DNA of 64,000 nt from Octopus vulgaris (GCA_951406725.2 OX597823.1:88722001-88786000), one strand, 5' to 3'; shown: positions 11,991 to 26,962, counted from the first letter of the stretch. Notes: generated from the letters alone by a model not told the origin. Translations and numbers: made by a program.

Positions 11991-13483
11991 TTGCCCGTAA
12001 GACCGTAATACACGAATATGTAATTACTAAGCTTGAAGGAAACCATAAATATAATTAAAATTATCCGAATCCAGTTAGAACTTATTTTATGACAATATTG
12101 ACTGAAAGAAAATATCTTTCTGTATATGTCTGAAGCATGAAATCATTGCATCATTGAATTTATCTTCTATACACTCCCTGAAACTGACAGATGAGTTAAC
12201 AACGCATGAAGTTAAACATATTTGCGTTAAATGTTCGTTTATTAGTAATTAGTCGTTGAAAGAGAAAGCGTGAACAATCTGGAAGTTCTTGAGAAATGCT
12301 GTACTGGTTAAATAAGTTTAGCCAAAGAGCTCTGGAAGATAGCTGTCAGTTGAAGAGGAGTAAGAGGAGAAGGGGAAGAGACATATAAGTATATCAATGT
12401 ATTGTAATTCACGAATAGAACTGTCGAAGTATTAAAGTTCAGAACGTCTTAAGAGTTAAACAATTCTTGAAACGAACAAAATCTAAATTTCGCCATAACA
12501 AGTCAAAATATGTTTCCTTTTGACAGCGAGAGCAAAGCTTTCATTGTTATTCAGTGACATTAATGTAACATCAAACATTAACGAGAAATGCGTTATAAAT
12601 GGACATTAAATACAAAATTTTCAGATTTTCCAAACAAGATTATTGGGTCTAGGTTTATAAATACAAATTATGGCTATATTGTTAGAATAAATTTAAAATC
12701 TGAATGTATATCTAAAAATATAAAATTAGTTTGCATCTTTTCATCTCGGGCGTTTCTATAACAAACAAAGTAATCAATAACCCCCTAGAGATTATGCCGA
12801 AGCTTACCATTTTATAAATTTTGCTTTTCATCTACCAGGAAATTATGCAATAAAACTCCATCAAAATCTTTCAAATGAAATATCTAATATTAATCGCTAT
12901 CTATCTGGGTTAAAATATGATTAGTACAATAGAATGCGGCGTTAGATTTGCAGTATTTTGTCTTGCCTTGCTTTATGTTGCGTTCAAATACATTCATGGT
13001 CACCATACCTCTTTTGCAAGTATATTTAAAGTATTTATCAGGATAATTGTGAATTGACTTCAATCGACTTTACTCCTCTTATTGAATCAAATGATTATGT
13101 ATTAGCAGTGGGTTAATTAATTTTTTTTAATGTAGTGTCCATTTCCTGTTGAAACTAAATTAATCTTTTCACATCTCCGTTGCTTTTCAGAACAATTTGG
13201 TCATGCTATTATCTCAGCCTCATTCAACCGCCATTTAAATTCATAACCTTTCTGTCTACACTATCTGATGTATATATACAAACGGATGAAACACCAGGAA
13301 ACCGGGCTTCAGGTTCAAATAATTAAACAGACTTCGATGAAGAAGCATTACTTACAAATGGACAAATGCATCTAACTCAATATATTATTGCTATATCTTG
13401 TAACAATTGATCTTCGGCACCTGGACAACATTACCATGGAGATCGTTAGCTTACATTCCAAACTTAACTGTGAATGTCTCTCG

Positions 13484-13900
13484 TTTTACTCTTTTTACTT
13501 GTTTCAGGCATTTGACTACAGCCATTGCTGGAGCATCGCCTTTAGTCGAGCAAATCGATCCCAGGACTTATCCTTTTTAAGCCTAGTACTTATTCTATCA
13601 GTCTCCTTTGCCGAACCCCTAACTTACGGGGGACGTAAACACACCAGCATCGGTTGTCAAGCGATGTTGGGCGTGGAGACAAACACAGACACACAAACAT
13701 ACACATACACACACACACGTATATATACATATATACGACGGACTTCTTTTCAGTTTCCGTATACCAAATCCACTCACAAGGCTTTGGTTGGCCCGAGGCT
13801 ATAGTAGAATACACTTGCTCAAAGTGCCATGCAGTGGGACTGAACCCAGTACCATGTGGTTGGTAAGCAAGCTACTTACCACACAGCCACTCCTGTGCCT
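13484..13900 (-). mobile_element. SINE family B
   Basis: Full-length match to 4313-4704 and 46582-46988. Confidence 0.92.
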
Positions 13901-14304
13901 AAAAGTGTTTCAAACTATGTGCCTCTTGCATTTGAACAAGAAGAAATTTGGCAGACGGAATGCAGAATCCTGTTCTCCACCAACACACACACGCATACAC
14001 ACACACACACATTATCATCCTCATCTGTGTGTCCTTAAACCGGCCTAAAAGCCGGTTTTATTTATGCTGTGTCACTTTATGTCTCCGTAAGTAAGAGAGG
14101 TTGTCCACGCAAATACCGATAAGCAAAAGACGTATGAAACAAAGTGCAGGTATCAGCGAAAGTGAATGGAATGGACTCTTGAAGTTGCCGCTTTACCTTG
14201 GTCACGGTACAACGAAAGACTATCAAAGAATAGAAAATCTAAAGATTTGTATAATCCAGTGAACAAAGGTAATTATCGATAGCCTTGCTAAAAGTTGGAA
14301 ACAG

Positions 14305-14640
14305 TTAATTAGAGCTAATATACTTCTTAACCGTCGGCTTAAAACTATGAAAGTCAATTACTGGCAAAGAAATATAATTTGAAGGTAGGGCAGAGGTGTC
14401 AATGGAAGAAGTGTAGTGATCAAAATGAGTATTCGCTGTTGATGGAATAAATAGATCTATGATTAAAGACGTTCCACCCGTGATTATCATGTATTCTTCA
14501 AGACGTATCACTTTTAGGACTATATGTTGTGATTCAATGAAGTTCGGTTGCTGTTTCTGGCAAATAAAGCGACAATGTAAAGGCTTCCGTGTTGACGGGA
14601 TTCTCTCGTGGTGTAAAGAACTAGATTTCATTGAAGAAGC
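14305..14640 (-). pseudogene. Highly decayed LINE RT C-terminal remnant
   Basis: ..TSALPSNYISLPVIDFHSFKPTVKKY resembles the WN.LP...SFK end of LINE ORF2. Confidence 0.35.
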
Positions 14641-14811
14641 GATCATTATTAATTGTCTATGTTCATAAAGAGTTCAGTGGATTCAGTATAAGAATGTTCA
14701 AAGAATCTGAGAACATTGGAGAATATAGAGAACAGGGGACAGAGCTATTGAATGAAAGACAGTCAAAATAGAGAGAGAGGGACAGAGAGAGAGAGAAATA
14801 AGGAGACAAGA

Positions 14812-14869
<58 letters not shown>

Positions 14870-15250
14870 CCTTTCTACTATACGCACACGACTTTAAATT
14901 TCACAATGACTCCGCTGCACAACTGGTACTTGTGTTGCCGACCTCAAAATGATGAAATTAAAGTCGAACTTAGGGAAATTTGAACTTAGAACATAAATAC
15001 GAACAAAATTGCACTATGCATCTCACTTTGTGTGCTAAATATTTTACCAGTTCGCCAAGGCCTGTAATTTTGAGGGAATGGCTAAGTCTTTTTATTGATT
15101 GCTAGACTGGTTCCTTATTTTATCAAGTCCGAAATTATGAAATATAATTTACGTCGGCTGATTTTCAACTTGGAACGTAAACAGCCGGAAGATATGCCGC
15201 TAGGCATTTTTCTTTCCAATGCTCTGACAATTCTCAAATTTCGCTACCTT
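14812..15250 (-). mobile_element. (TAA)n tail plus two degenerate family A SINE pieces
   Basis: cctttctactatacgcac...caactggtac...aaagtcgaac...tttgaacttagaac, with a second partial copy at about 15055-15250. Confidence 0.65.
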
Positions 15251-15941
15251 TTCCACCTCTTTAATAACGTAAATATCAAAATATACGTCAAATCACACGA
15301 AAAAACATTAAAAAAAATATATAAATGTATTGCCAGTTCTAAGTATTACAATTACTAGCATGACATCCTTGCACTCAATATACATAGCTTGAAATATTTA
15401 TGGCGTTTTAACACTACTTAATACTGCATATCATTATTCATGTTCACACAAGATGCCATTGTAGACTGTTTCATGATTAAAGGAAATTATGTATCTCCCG
15501 AACGTAAATGCCTTTAAAAACTACAATCATTCAGATACGGATGGTATTTAATCTCGTAACAATCGCGTGCAGTATCAAATTATTAATAACATAATCATGG
15601 ATTTAGATGCAAACAGTTTTGTTGACTTTAATGTTTGATGGATTATGGATAGAAATGTCAGAAATGAACCATTGAGAATTGATCGATCAATAAAATTGTT
15701 AGTTGATCAGTACGGCCAATAGCTAAAATATGAAGCTACAGTTGGAGATCAAAGATACTTGTTTCATATGATATTGTTGAACATGGAAACCCTTGCCAAA
15801 TGAGAAAACGGGCAGGAATTGAATACGATTAGGGAATTAGTAAACAGATAAAACTCTGAGATAATCTCTGATCTGGAAAGCAGAAAAAACAAACAGGAGA
15901 AAATTTTATAAGCCCATTCCTGATTGTATTGAATCGTTTGC

Positions 15942-15982
<41 letters not shown>

Positions 15983-16516
15983 TCTCCCTCTCACTCTCTC
16001 TCTATATACACATGAGTATGTGTATGTAAGTATTCGTGTATTGATGTATATACATACCAAGAACGCTGTACAAGAGCAATGATAATTTAGTTGATTGTAT
16101 ACTAGTAAATTAACCATTATGTGTGTGGCTTTCTTTTAGGCAGAATACACTTACCACTCAAATATTTTTGTCCCCTTCATACATATAAGTACACTACTTT
16201 AAGTGTAACTCAGTTTTGTAGTTATATACATGTGGATTTTGATACGATGGCACTTTGTTGTTTCTTTGATCAATTAATTTTGTAGCGATTTCTTTGATAG
16301 TTTGGGAACTCAGTGTTTGTAAGCGGGGGCAATATTGTTAATTTGGTCGGTGTTTTGAATGTTAAACTATATTCAGTGTGCATGCACACACATATAATTT
16401 TATGTGTGTATGTATGTTTGTAGAGATAGATTGATAGATAGCTAGAGAGACAGATAGAGAGAGTGAGTGAGACTCAAACACACGTGTGTGTATATATATA
16501 AATCTATCTATATGTG

Positions 16517-16578
<62 letters not shown>

Positions 16579-17547
16579 CACACACACATATGCGAGCAAC
16601 CATGTAATTTCCTTCAAGCAAATTCACTTAAAGGAATACTGTGTGAAATTTCTAGGTTTGATGTTCAAAAAGGAAAATATTTTCAGTTTATTAGGAGAGA
16701 CCAATATATTTTCAGAAATACTAAAACATCCAGCTAAACCTATTAAAATATTTCTCTTCAACCCTATAATGCTGTAAGTTATGTCTTGAATTCATCTTTA
16801 ATTTTCATTTCCTACATGTCACTAAACATCTTTATTTGAAGCAAAGACATTGATTCTTGACTCCTCTATATTGATCGAGTCATTCGAGTTTAAGTAAACA
16901 TTGCAGAATGCGATATTTCATCGCGGCAAGTAGTCTTACAGCTCTGCAAAAATGACTAGTGATTCGCATTAATAACTTATTGACAATATTTTTTTATAAA
17001 TGACGAGAAAATATCTTAATGACGAATTGGCGTCATATCAAGGGAAACATACTTACTTCGAATTACTAGCGCTATCAGACAAGCATATTTATGTGATTAA
17101 GCAGTATTCCCAAGCAGCAGCTTGAGAAAATTTATTTTACCCTTTTTATCGACCTATAGATCAATGTGTTGTGAAATTTCTTAGAGAAAAAATTGTGTGG
17201 AAACATATATATCGTTGGTTACAATCGAAATAACTTTGAATTAAAATTGTCATCGGTGTATTATAAGTGCATACAGACCGTAGAAGGAGAAATGTTCACA
17301 GAGTTTTTTTTTTTGCATCTTGGGAAATTTTCAACAGTAAATGAGGGTGCAACACTGAGAAGTCCTAAGTGAGGCGAAACGTGTGTAACGTTCTCATGCG
17401 ACGATCTCCGCCTCGCTCAAGTATATATCGTCTTCTTAACACACTACGTATACGAAGACACTTTTCTCTCAGAAAAAAAAGAAAATAACAGTAGCTAAGC
17501 CTTTTCTACAGTGTATACGCGTGTACTGTAAAATAAACATAGTGATA

Positions 17548-17591
<44 letters not shown>

Positions 17592-17594
<3 letters not shown>

Positions 17595-17880
17595 CACCGT
17601 GACCGACCAGGCTATCAGATGTTGCTACACATTGCTGGTCACAATGCGCATCGCATTGTTTTAGCAGTCAAATGACGCTACCCCGCTGGCTAAGCGAGCA
17701 GGCCAACAGAAGAAAGAGTGAGAGAAAGTTGTGGCAAAAGAGTACAGCAGGGATCGCCCTCATCCCCTGCCGGAGCCACGTGGATCTTTAGGTGTTTTCG
17801 CTCAATAAACACTCAAAACGCCCAGTCCGGTAATCGAAACCGCGAGTCCGCTGCCATAATCACTGGGCCATTACGCCCCC
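17592..17880 (-). mobile_element. tRNA-derived SINE family D (head X plus tail P), embedded in (TA)n
   Basis: Reverse strand tggcccagtgattatggcagcggactcgcggtttcgatt..; body shared with 60625-60789. Confidence 0.85.
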
Positions 17881-17884
17881 ACAC

Positions 17885-17945
<61 letters not shown>

Positions 17946-18154
17946 CTGAAGAAGAGAAGGTTCTTATGAATTAACTCTGAAATCGGGTCCGATACGATAA
18001 TAACGTAATTTTTTAGTAATTTCTGTCGTCTTTCTTCGAGATGCGTGCTTATAGTGATGAATTATATGGCTATTGACGATGTGTCTATTTTCGGCATATT
18101 TGGCATTAGAAATTTTTTCTTTTGCCCTTGTTTATAAGTTATATATATATATAA

Positions 18155-18306
18155 GGTATTTTAATATAAGCCTAAAGTTTATGGCGACCACCGTGCAATG
18201 ACTATGGAAAGTATTCTGATAACGGGGCTTATATGCCCCGTTATTAAACTATTTTTTTAATCATTGCACGGTGACCACCATATGCTTTAAGTGTATATAA
18301 AATACC
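18155..18306. repeat. Imperfect foldback of about 150 bp (arms about 72 bp, 6-nt loop)
   Basis: ggtattttaatata..caccgtgcaatga..ataacggggc ttatat gccccgttat..tcattgcacggtg..tatataaaatacc. Confidence 0.85.
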
Positions 18307-18372
18307 ATTATTATCATTTATAGGTTTGTAAAATACGGCACCGTATAACAAAACCATTCGCACCGAAAGTAT

Positions 18373-18930
<558 letters not shown>

Positions 18931-19537
18931 ATAACCTTCTGGTGTATATTTAATCTGAATTGCGAAACACTTCCTTATGGAGTGGAACAGTAATACAAAG
19001 CAGTTGCTCTTCAGTATATACAGCTGACTAATGGATGCATAACAGCAATGTTTTGATCAGAAGTTTGTTTCCTTAGCACTTGGATCCAGTTGCTGAATTT
19101 CGGTTGAAATAATAACCTAATTTATTCTAATATTCAGCAGAGCAATTTAGAAATAAATTTAACACAACACATTAAAATCCACAAATATTAATTTAATCAG
19201 AACTCTGCTATCTGCAATTGAAATTTCAATAATTACGCCGCAAAATATTAATACATTTTGCTCGGTTTACGGGCAGCACTGAATAAATTTTTAGTTTGCT
19301 GTCTCATTTTCTTTCGTTTGTTCGATCAGAAGATTTACCTAAAATGACGGAACACCTTTAAATCCTGTTTTGATAGATTCACAAGCAAAGATCGATTGAT
19401 GGTAACTAAAACCAAAAATATTTATGGAACATGTCACGAAACTTCACAATCAGCTGCTAAAAAATCAATATCTTTGAAGATGATTAAACATTTTTCATAT
19501 TAACTTTTAGCAAGATGAAGGATATACATGCAGCGGC

Positions 19538-19580
<43 letters not shown>

Positions 19581-19589
19581 TATAATAAT

Positions 19590-20150
19590 GATAAATGCCC
19601 TGATGCAGTACCAGACAGTGGCTCTCATGGCTTCTGATCTTAACTGATTGGAAGTGTTATTATGTACACTGTTTTGTCTTGGTACAAAAATGGGCAACAG
19701 CAAATATTCTGCTCAATACCTCAGATTTGCTTGTCAGTTATTTGACCTTAACCAGTTGACCATGTCCCTTAGTGGCTGACGGTATGTGCATCTCTGATCA
19801 CGAGCAGAAGTAGGGGGGGGGGCATCATAGCTGTGTGTTGAAAGGAATTCTTGGAGGTTTGGATAATTCACCTTTGGAAAATGGGTGGCTTGTTCAACAT
19901 CCTTAAACAATCCTTTTTCAGGGACCTTTTGAACGGGATGGGCTACTCGACAAGAAGAAAGTTCTAACTGGGCCCCACCTACAAGGTCATGTGCTGTTTA
20001 TCTTGATATAAGAACACCATGTCGCGCACATATGGTTGTGATGCATGTTCCTGGTGTAACCTTATCAGATGGGTAATCACAATGGATATACTGAGCTTCA
20101 TATATTTTACTCCAGTGTCACTCTGATGGCATGCACTGCTCTCGCACTCA
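19590..20150. mobile_element. Complex-sequence insert of about 560 bp inside a (TAA)n array
   Basis: Flanked by (TAA)n on both sides (19541-19590 and 20150-20200); higher GC than its surroundings. Confidence 0.55.
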
Positions 20151-20156
20151 ATAATG

Positions 20157-20202
<46 letters not shown>

Positions 20203-20449
20203 CAATAGTTTCAAATTTTGCCACGAGGGCAGCAATTGTGGGGGTGGGGATTAGTAGATTACATCGACCCCAGTGTTCAACTATGAGACCTCTGACAGCA
20301 GACTGCTGTCCGCTATCACAGAACAAAGAAGACCGAATGCTCTGAGAAGTAAACAAGAACAACAACAATAACTTGGTAGAACTGTATACATGTTCAATCT
20401 AATGCGAACGTTCTGTGTATAGTCCTGCAAATTATATTTTGCTATGACG

Positions 20450-20508
20450 ATCACACTGATGAGTTGCGGACAATTACGTAAGTTGTAGCAAAGAAACGAG
20501 GTTGTGAT
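20450..20508 (+). ncRNA. Degenerate hammerhead-like motif
   Basis: atcaca-CTGATGA-gttgc..acaattacgtaagttgt..gcaaa-GAAA-cgaggt-tgtgat: 6-bp stem I, long stem II, imperfect cleavage triplet. Confidence 0.45.
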
Positions 20509-20653
20509 TAATCTTATATTTTGTATCTTTTCAATTGCTTTGCTCGCTTACATTCTGGCGTTTGCTAAATTTTCTTGAGAACAATCCTTTCTTAGTAGTA
20601 AGACTATGGGGGGTCTACTTCTAGCATAATGAATGTCCACTTAGTGGTGATAT

Positions 20654-20734
<81 letters not shown>

Positions 20735-21259
20735 AACATCAAAATTAATGAAACAAACACGAAAAACACTTCAATGTAAGGTACATGTTAAGTTCAACTG
20801 CTTATCTTCATCATTATTTTGATCATAATCTTATTCTCATCATCATCAATACTATCCTTTTGATAAGTTATACAGCCTCTAAACGCGCTGAAATCGTATA
20901 TTTAATGTAACAGTAGCTATTATAGCATATTTTTAATTCACACACACAAAAAAGGGGAAAGGAAAAGAAAAATATGAATGACTTTGCACATTTCACAAGG
21001 ATGGCTTCCTGTAGTACATTTTCATTTAGTGTCAAGATTGTAAACATAACCGCAGGTACAAATTTGGTGTTTGTATTCCTTGATAAGATATTTATGTTTC
21101 CGGAGCATCTTTTCCTTTTCTATCAGTGAGATATTTTATTTTTAATGACGGCCTTGCAGAATTATCATTGTTATGTATGACTATCACGAAACATGTTTAA
21201 ATAAAATAGGATTAAAATAAAGAAAATTATAATCACGATATATTAAACAATAAGCATGC

Positions 21260-21612
21260 AGGCGCAGGAGTGGCTGTGTGGTAAGAAGCTTGCTTCCCAA
21301 CCACATGGTTCCGGGTGCAGTCCCACTGTGTGGCATCTTGAGCAAGTCTCTTTTCTTCTATAGCCTCGGGCTGACCAAAACTTTGTGGGTGGATTTGATA
21401 TTCGGAAACTGAAAGAATCCCGTCGTATTATATATGTGTGTGTGTGCGTGTTTGTGTTCCCCCTCATCCATTGACAACCGATGCTGGTTCGGCAAAAGAG
21501 ACCGATAGAATAAGTAGTAGGCTTACAAAGAATAATTCCTAGAGTCGATCGGTCAGACTAAAGGCGGTGCTCCTGCATGACCGCAGTCAAATGACTGTAA
21601 CAAGTAAAAGAA
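21260..21612 (+). mobile_element. SINE family B (followed by a more degenerate copy at about 21665-21950)
   Basis: ggcgcaggagtggctgtgtggtaag...ggcggtgctcctgcatgaccgcagtcaaatgactg. Confidence 0.9.
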
Positions 21613-23690
21613 TAAAATAATATGAAGTTCATTTAGCACAATTACGAATTAATACGTAAGATGTAGACATGGCTGTGTGATTAAGATTTCTCCCCCAGCC
21701 ATATCGTCTTGGGTTCAGTCCCACTGTGCGGCACTTTGGACAAGTGTTTCTTTGGAGTTGGTAGAGGGGAAACTGAAAGAAAACCGTTGTGTGTGTGTGT
21801 GTGTTATGGTTATCCCCACGCCCGAGGCTTTGTTTTGTTTCGCAAAAGAGACTGATGGAATATATATCAGGCTTGAAAACTACTTTGTTGCGTCGATTCA
21901 ATCGGCTAAATCCTTCAAAGGGGTGCCTCAGCAATGTTGCATTCCAATGAAGGAAAGAAACGGTATTGTTTTTTGTTTACACGTTTTAATGTCGAGAGAT
22001 ATCCAATTCACCCGGTCTTCAATATCTATTATAGATCAACCAAGTACAATCCTTCCACAGTGAGTGAACCAATATCGATTTCTTAACCTCCCTCTAACAT
22101 AGCGGTACCATAAAAAAATACCGAATGAACAAACACCAGATTTAAAATTTGTACTGGGATAGATTTGCTTAAATATACGTATATAGGGATGCTCTAGCAT
22201 AGTCGCAGACCAATGATTGACAGAAGTAAATAATAGTTGCTTTAATTCGGTTATTTTCTCATTCGAACAATTGTAATTTCGATCAGTAACTTTTTAGGTC
22301 ATATATTTTCAGGAAACTGTATTTTCATTGAGTGTTACCGATCAACTGTTACATTACCGATAACAAAGAGTTCACTTGAGTTTCATTCTTTTCATGAATA
22401 TGAAAAATTAACAAAATATATTCCACGCAACATTTATTGCGATATCAATTTCTCAAAATACGTGCAGAATTTCATTATATCAGCTATATCTTTATATATC
22501 AGATATAATCTTTATGAAATACAGCAGGAAAATAGAAAGTATAAATTTCATATATAGTTGGTTTCACTTAGATTTAATGCAATGTAAATAACCTGTCGGT
22601 TTTTAACGACATTCTTTTTATATTAATTAAGATCTTAAATACCGTTGATTTATTCTCTCATGCTTGTGTATCAATTCTGTATATGGATACTATCAAATAT
22701 ATCGAAGCTGATTTTCGTGCTTAGAATATTGAAAAGTTAAATATTTTTCAAAACTCGCTGTTCTGCTATATATTTTCATAGCTGATCTTTTGCTATGAGA
22801 GTTCATCTATGATCTAGTGCTATGAGAGATTAACCCAGCTTGGTTTACTCAATTTATTTTGTATGTTTACCACCACGTGCTATACTACGTAACGGCCATG
22901 ACAGGTCGGGTAAAAATGATACAGTAACATCACTGGCAATTGGATGACGTAGACCACGTCACATGTGTCGTCTTATTCATGCATCCTTTGTAATCAAAAT
23001 TCATTAAGATAGCATTGGTATCATTAGATATGTGTCGGCAGAATGAGCTAGTGTTCTAATGCGGCGTTTCTGTTAGCCCTATGTACTTTAGTGAATTTTG
23101 GAAAATACATTTGCATACGATTCACTGTGATTTCCTTTTAAACGATCGATAGCAAAATTACTGTTAATCTTTAATTCATCCGATTATGCTAATCCCCGAA
23201 AACTATTTATTTTGTGTCAAATCAAAGCCACTTCTCATCAATCTTATTCTTAAATGTGTCAAATGTTCGACCATATACAATTGTCATTATAAGAGTTTGG
23301 AATATTTCAAGTAAGAAAATCAACTTTAGTTCTGGATTATACGTTTCAATGCTGGCTTAGTTTGCACACTTCTTCACCTACCCGTATTTCACATCTACTT
23401 CTTCAGTCTATGAATTTCTCTTCATGGCAAAATACTTGTCTTTTAGAAGCAGCTATTTCGCCACTGGAATAATTCTTCATATCTAACCGGCATTCTTTTT
23501 TGTTAATAAATCTTTCAAAAGTTATTATTTGATTCCTGCTCAGAAAAAACGCATTCTCAAATGTGTCTCCGACTTAGTCTGGCCATAACATTAGCCAGTA
23601 TGTTTTCCTGAAAATAATTTATGAAATAATATTAACCATTTTGGAACTGGTGATTACATACACTTGATATTCAGAATGCTTGTCAATATA

Positions 23691-24569
23691 TTAGGTGAAT
23701 TGCATGAAGTAAAAGTCGGAGGGGGTTGGGATAAATTACATGCATCAACTTGCTATAAAAACAGGTAGTAATTACCTTGTTCTTAGTGCAAGTTTTGAAG
23801 CGTGCAGAGCCGATTTTAGCAGTTGTTTTTCATAGCTCTAATATAAGTGACAAAGGAGTATATTCGGCATATTTTTTTATGGGTTCAATAAAGGCAACAA
23901 CGCAACGGAAAGTGCGATGAATTGTAATGCAGTACATGGGGATCAGACAATAAGCGTAAGCCAGTGTCAACGGCGGTTCCAGAGATTCTGATCCGGAAAT
24001 TACAACTCAGAAGACGAGCCTTGTCCTGGAGGACCTGTAGAGCTCGATGAGAACGTCCTGCAAACCCTGGTTGAACAAAATCCCATCATAACTGTTGGGG
24101 AACTAGCACAGAAGCTTGGATTTAGTTATTCAACCATTCATCGACACCTACACTAGAAGGAAAACGACCATCTTTGGATTCAAGACGAAAGGTGTTCTTC
24201 CATCAGGATAATGCTCGGCCACATACAGCGAGGATGACATTCCAAATGCTGGAGCAGTTTGAATGAGAAAAGGTACCCCACTCACCATAATTCAGCGGAC
24301 ATTACCCACATCTGATTATCATATATTCTGCAGTCTTCAAAATCATTTGGACGGGAAAAATATGAATTCTGTAGACGAGATCCGAACAGTACTGGAGGAG
24401 TATTTTTCGTTACGGACAAGTGAATTTTGGAAAAGAGGCCTTGCAAGTCTACCAGATAGATGGAACAGCATTGTAGAAAATGAAGAAGAGTACATTTTAG
24501 ATTAAAAAGAATTTTGTTTATCTTAATTTTGAAAAATAAAAGGAGTCCAATATTTATGGACTGACCCAA
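23691..24569 (+). mobile_element. Internally deleted mariner, same family as 6727-8013
   Basis: Collinear with the first copy apart from a deletion of about 320 bp near 24150; HQDNARPH and SDYHIFCSLQNHL motifs; right TIR tatttatggactgacccaa + TA. Confidence 0.9.
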
Positions 24570-24721
24570 TATTTTCACTTTCTCAGTAATCAAGTGCAAC
24601 CGACCTACCTCTTTTACAAAATGCTAATCAATTAAGCCCTTCTTCCTAATATACCTACACCTGAAGCTTTCTTGGAATTAGTTCATTATCTTATAATTAA
24701 TTGCATCCAATAATTTGCCTA

Positions 24722-25114
24722 TCTTTATATATAAAAGTAAGGTTGTGTGCTGTCTGTCTCCTACGATTTAGATTCCTAACTACTCCCACATTTTGCGGTG
24801 CAGTTTAACCAAAACCGGGTATCTTATAGTCGTGATTCATATCGAGCCCTTCTGGGTATTAGCGCGTGTCTACGATGAGTCTACGATTTAAAAAAAAATT
24901 ACCATCAATTTTCCCATTTTTAATGCACTTTTGGCATATATAAGGGAAGTAACTCTCTAAAAATGTATTATTAAATCTCAGAACGTAAAAAGCTACAGTA
25001 ACACCCCACTTTGTGGTTAGCCATAGTGAGATGGCTATTATACTTTACATCTCTAAAAATGCTTTTATAGTTATTTCCCTTACAAACCCGAGCAACGCCG
25101 GGCGATACTGCTAG
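24722..25114 (+). mobile_element. Complete non-autonomous Helitron
   Basis: A|TCtttatatataaaag start; 3' hairpin cccgagcaacgccggg then CTAG|T; no TSD. Confidence 0.88.
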
Positions 25115-26902
25115 TTATCAATATATGATAAGTTGTTGGTCTATATTTCCAATACGTATTTTAGGAAACGTCTGAAATAACTTCTTATAATTCTCTTGGT
25201 GTATTATTTACAAAAATATTTTATCCTTTTCTTTATTTGGCAAATTATAGGACAGAAGTTATTTAACCCATATTGCCGGATAAACATTCATTATTTTATA
25301 TATGTTTTATACATAAATCTTTACTTCTTCCGAAGAATTTTCATTTGCTTTTTCATATTTGTTTTAAATAACCTTCCATAAAACATTTCGCCTTACTCAT
25401 GACTTTCCGATCTTTCCATTATCAAACCCTACATTCCAACAGTGACTATAGCATATTCTTCTCCCTTTTAATGGAAACCTATTCTGTCATGATCTATTTT
25501 TAATGCAGTTCTTATCGTTTCACACTTATTCATTGCCAAATAACTTTACTACCCTCACCTTTGTTTCATTGCATACAACTTTCTCCATGCCATGAAATGC
25601 TATTTCTTATTACCTTTCATCATTTACTTGTCTTGGTGAGTAGAAGATGTTCCAAAGTCTTAGTAGTATTAGTAAAAGTATCAAGATTATTTTTAGTAGT
25701 AATACTTCAACAATTATTTATTTGTTCAAATTGGAATAAGGCACCACAATTCCAGTAAATTTGTACGTAGAAACTTGAGAAACCCATTATGAATTTATGC
25801 AGTAGCCGTGTATATTGATTATACTCGAACGCTGTTCAGTGCTTCCAAGAGAGATTAATGGAGGGGAAAAATAATCTTCAGTAGACAAAAATTTAGCCAA
25901 GTTCAAAATATGTCTGACGAATTAGTGCTGGAAATGTTTGCAAATAGCTTTTGGCAGCTATAGATTTCTTTCTCATGCGCAAATCGTCTTGTAATATGTG
26001 ATAAATCTTAAGCATTCATCAAAGGACAAGTCAGTCATTTCACTCTGGCTTTGTTTTCAGCTTCGATTGATGATGGTGCTGCTGCTGTTGCTATTGTCAA
26101 AGTGTTTGTGATTTTTTGCATGTTTTTCTCATTTGAAACTCCTTTGAGTATGCACCAGTTAATTTGATATTGTTGTTCCTGCTTATACTGTTGTTGTTGT
26201 TGTCGTTAACCCTGATCGAGGAGGCTTGTGAGGATAGACATTTCGGTTCTTAACAAACAACTCATACTTCAATGTGACATTTAAAAAAAGAAATTGACAG
26301 AGCATGGCTTGAGTAAGATTTGGCTCGTATTTCCTTCTAGTGGAAGGAACAAGTAGAGGGTCTCTCTAGTCGGCTCGAACGTTAGTCTATTTTTCCAAAT
26401 AAAATTTTCCTTTGAGAAATACGAGTGAACGAACTCACATTAATCAAACATTGTTCCCGCTATAAACTGCAGGCATTGCACCATCAACAACCGGTGCCTC
26501 AGCTTCCGGAACGCGGGAAGACACGGAAAGCCGATATCACGAATATAGTATTATTTGTAGTTTTTTCATCTAACGCATATCGGATCTGATGTCGCGAAAG
26601 TGTCAGACTATGTATATAGTCTTTGCTTTTGTTGTTAATATTTTATATTCTGATATATTTTGTTTATTGCATAGTGGTTTTGATTACACATATTTTCGAA
26701 AGTAATTTCTTACAACTATAGTTGTATATTAAATATTGTTGAACACGAAAGTAATTTAGGTGTCGCGATAATTAACATTACCATAAACATATGTTGTTAT
26801 TGGTTCTTTTTATCATTAAAATTGAAATTGAGTTGATTAATTTTCTGATTTGACGACATTATGTAAAAAATATTGAACGTTAAGTCAAACACAAGCTTGA
26901 GA

Positions 26903-26962
<60 letters not shown>

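Noticed and set aside
23384-23608. Minus-strand segment with acceptor ttttcag and donor gtaggt
   Set aside because: Stops in all three frames and no homology recognised; at most a non-coding exon, which cannot be supported without RNA data
26490-26540. CpG-rich patch with ETS-like CCGGAA motifs (possible promoter)
   Set aside because: Too short and no associated gene identified
26583-26610. ctgatgtcgcgaaagtgtc hammerhead-like string (similar weak hits near 13265 and 58830-58865)
   Set aside because: Core boxes or stems too degenerate to distinguish from chance
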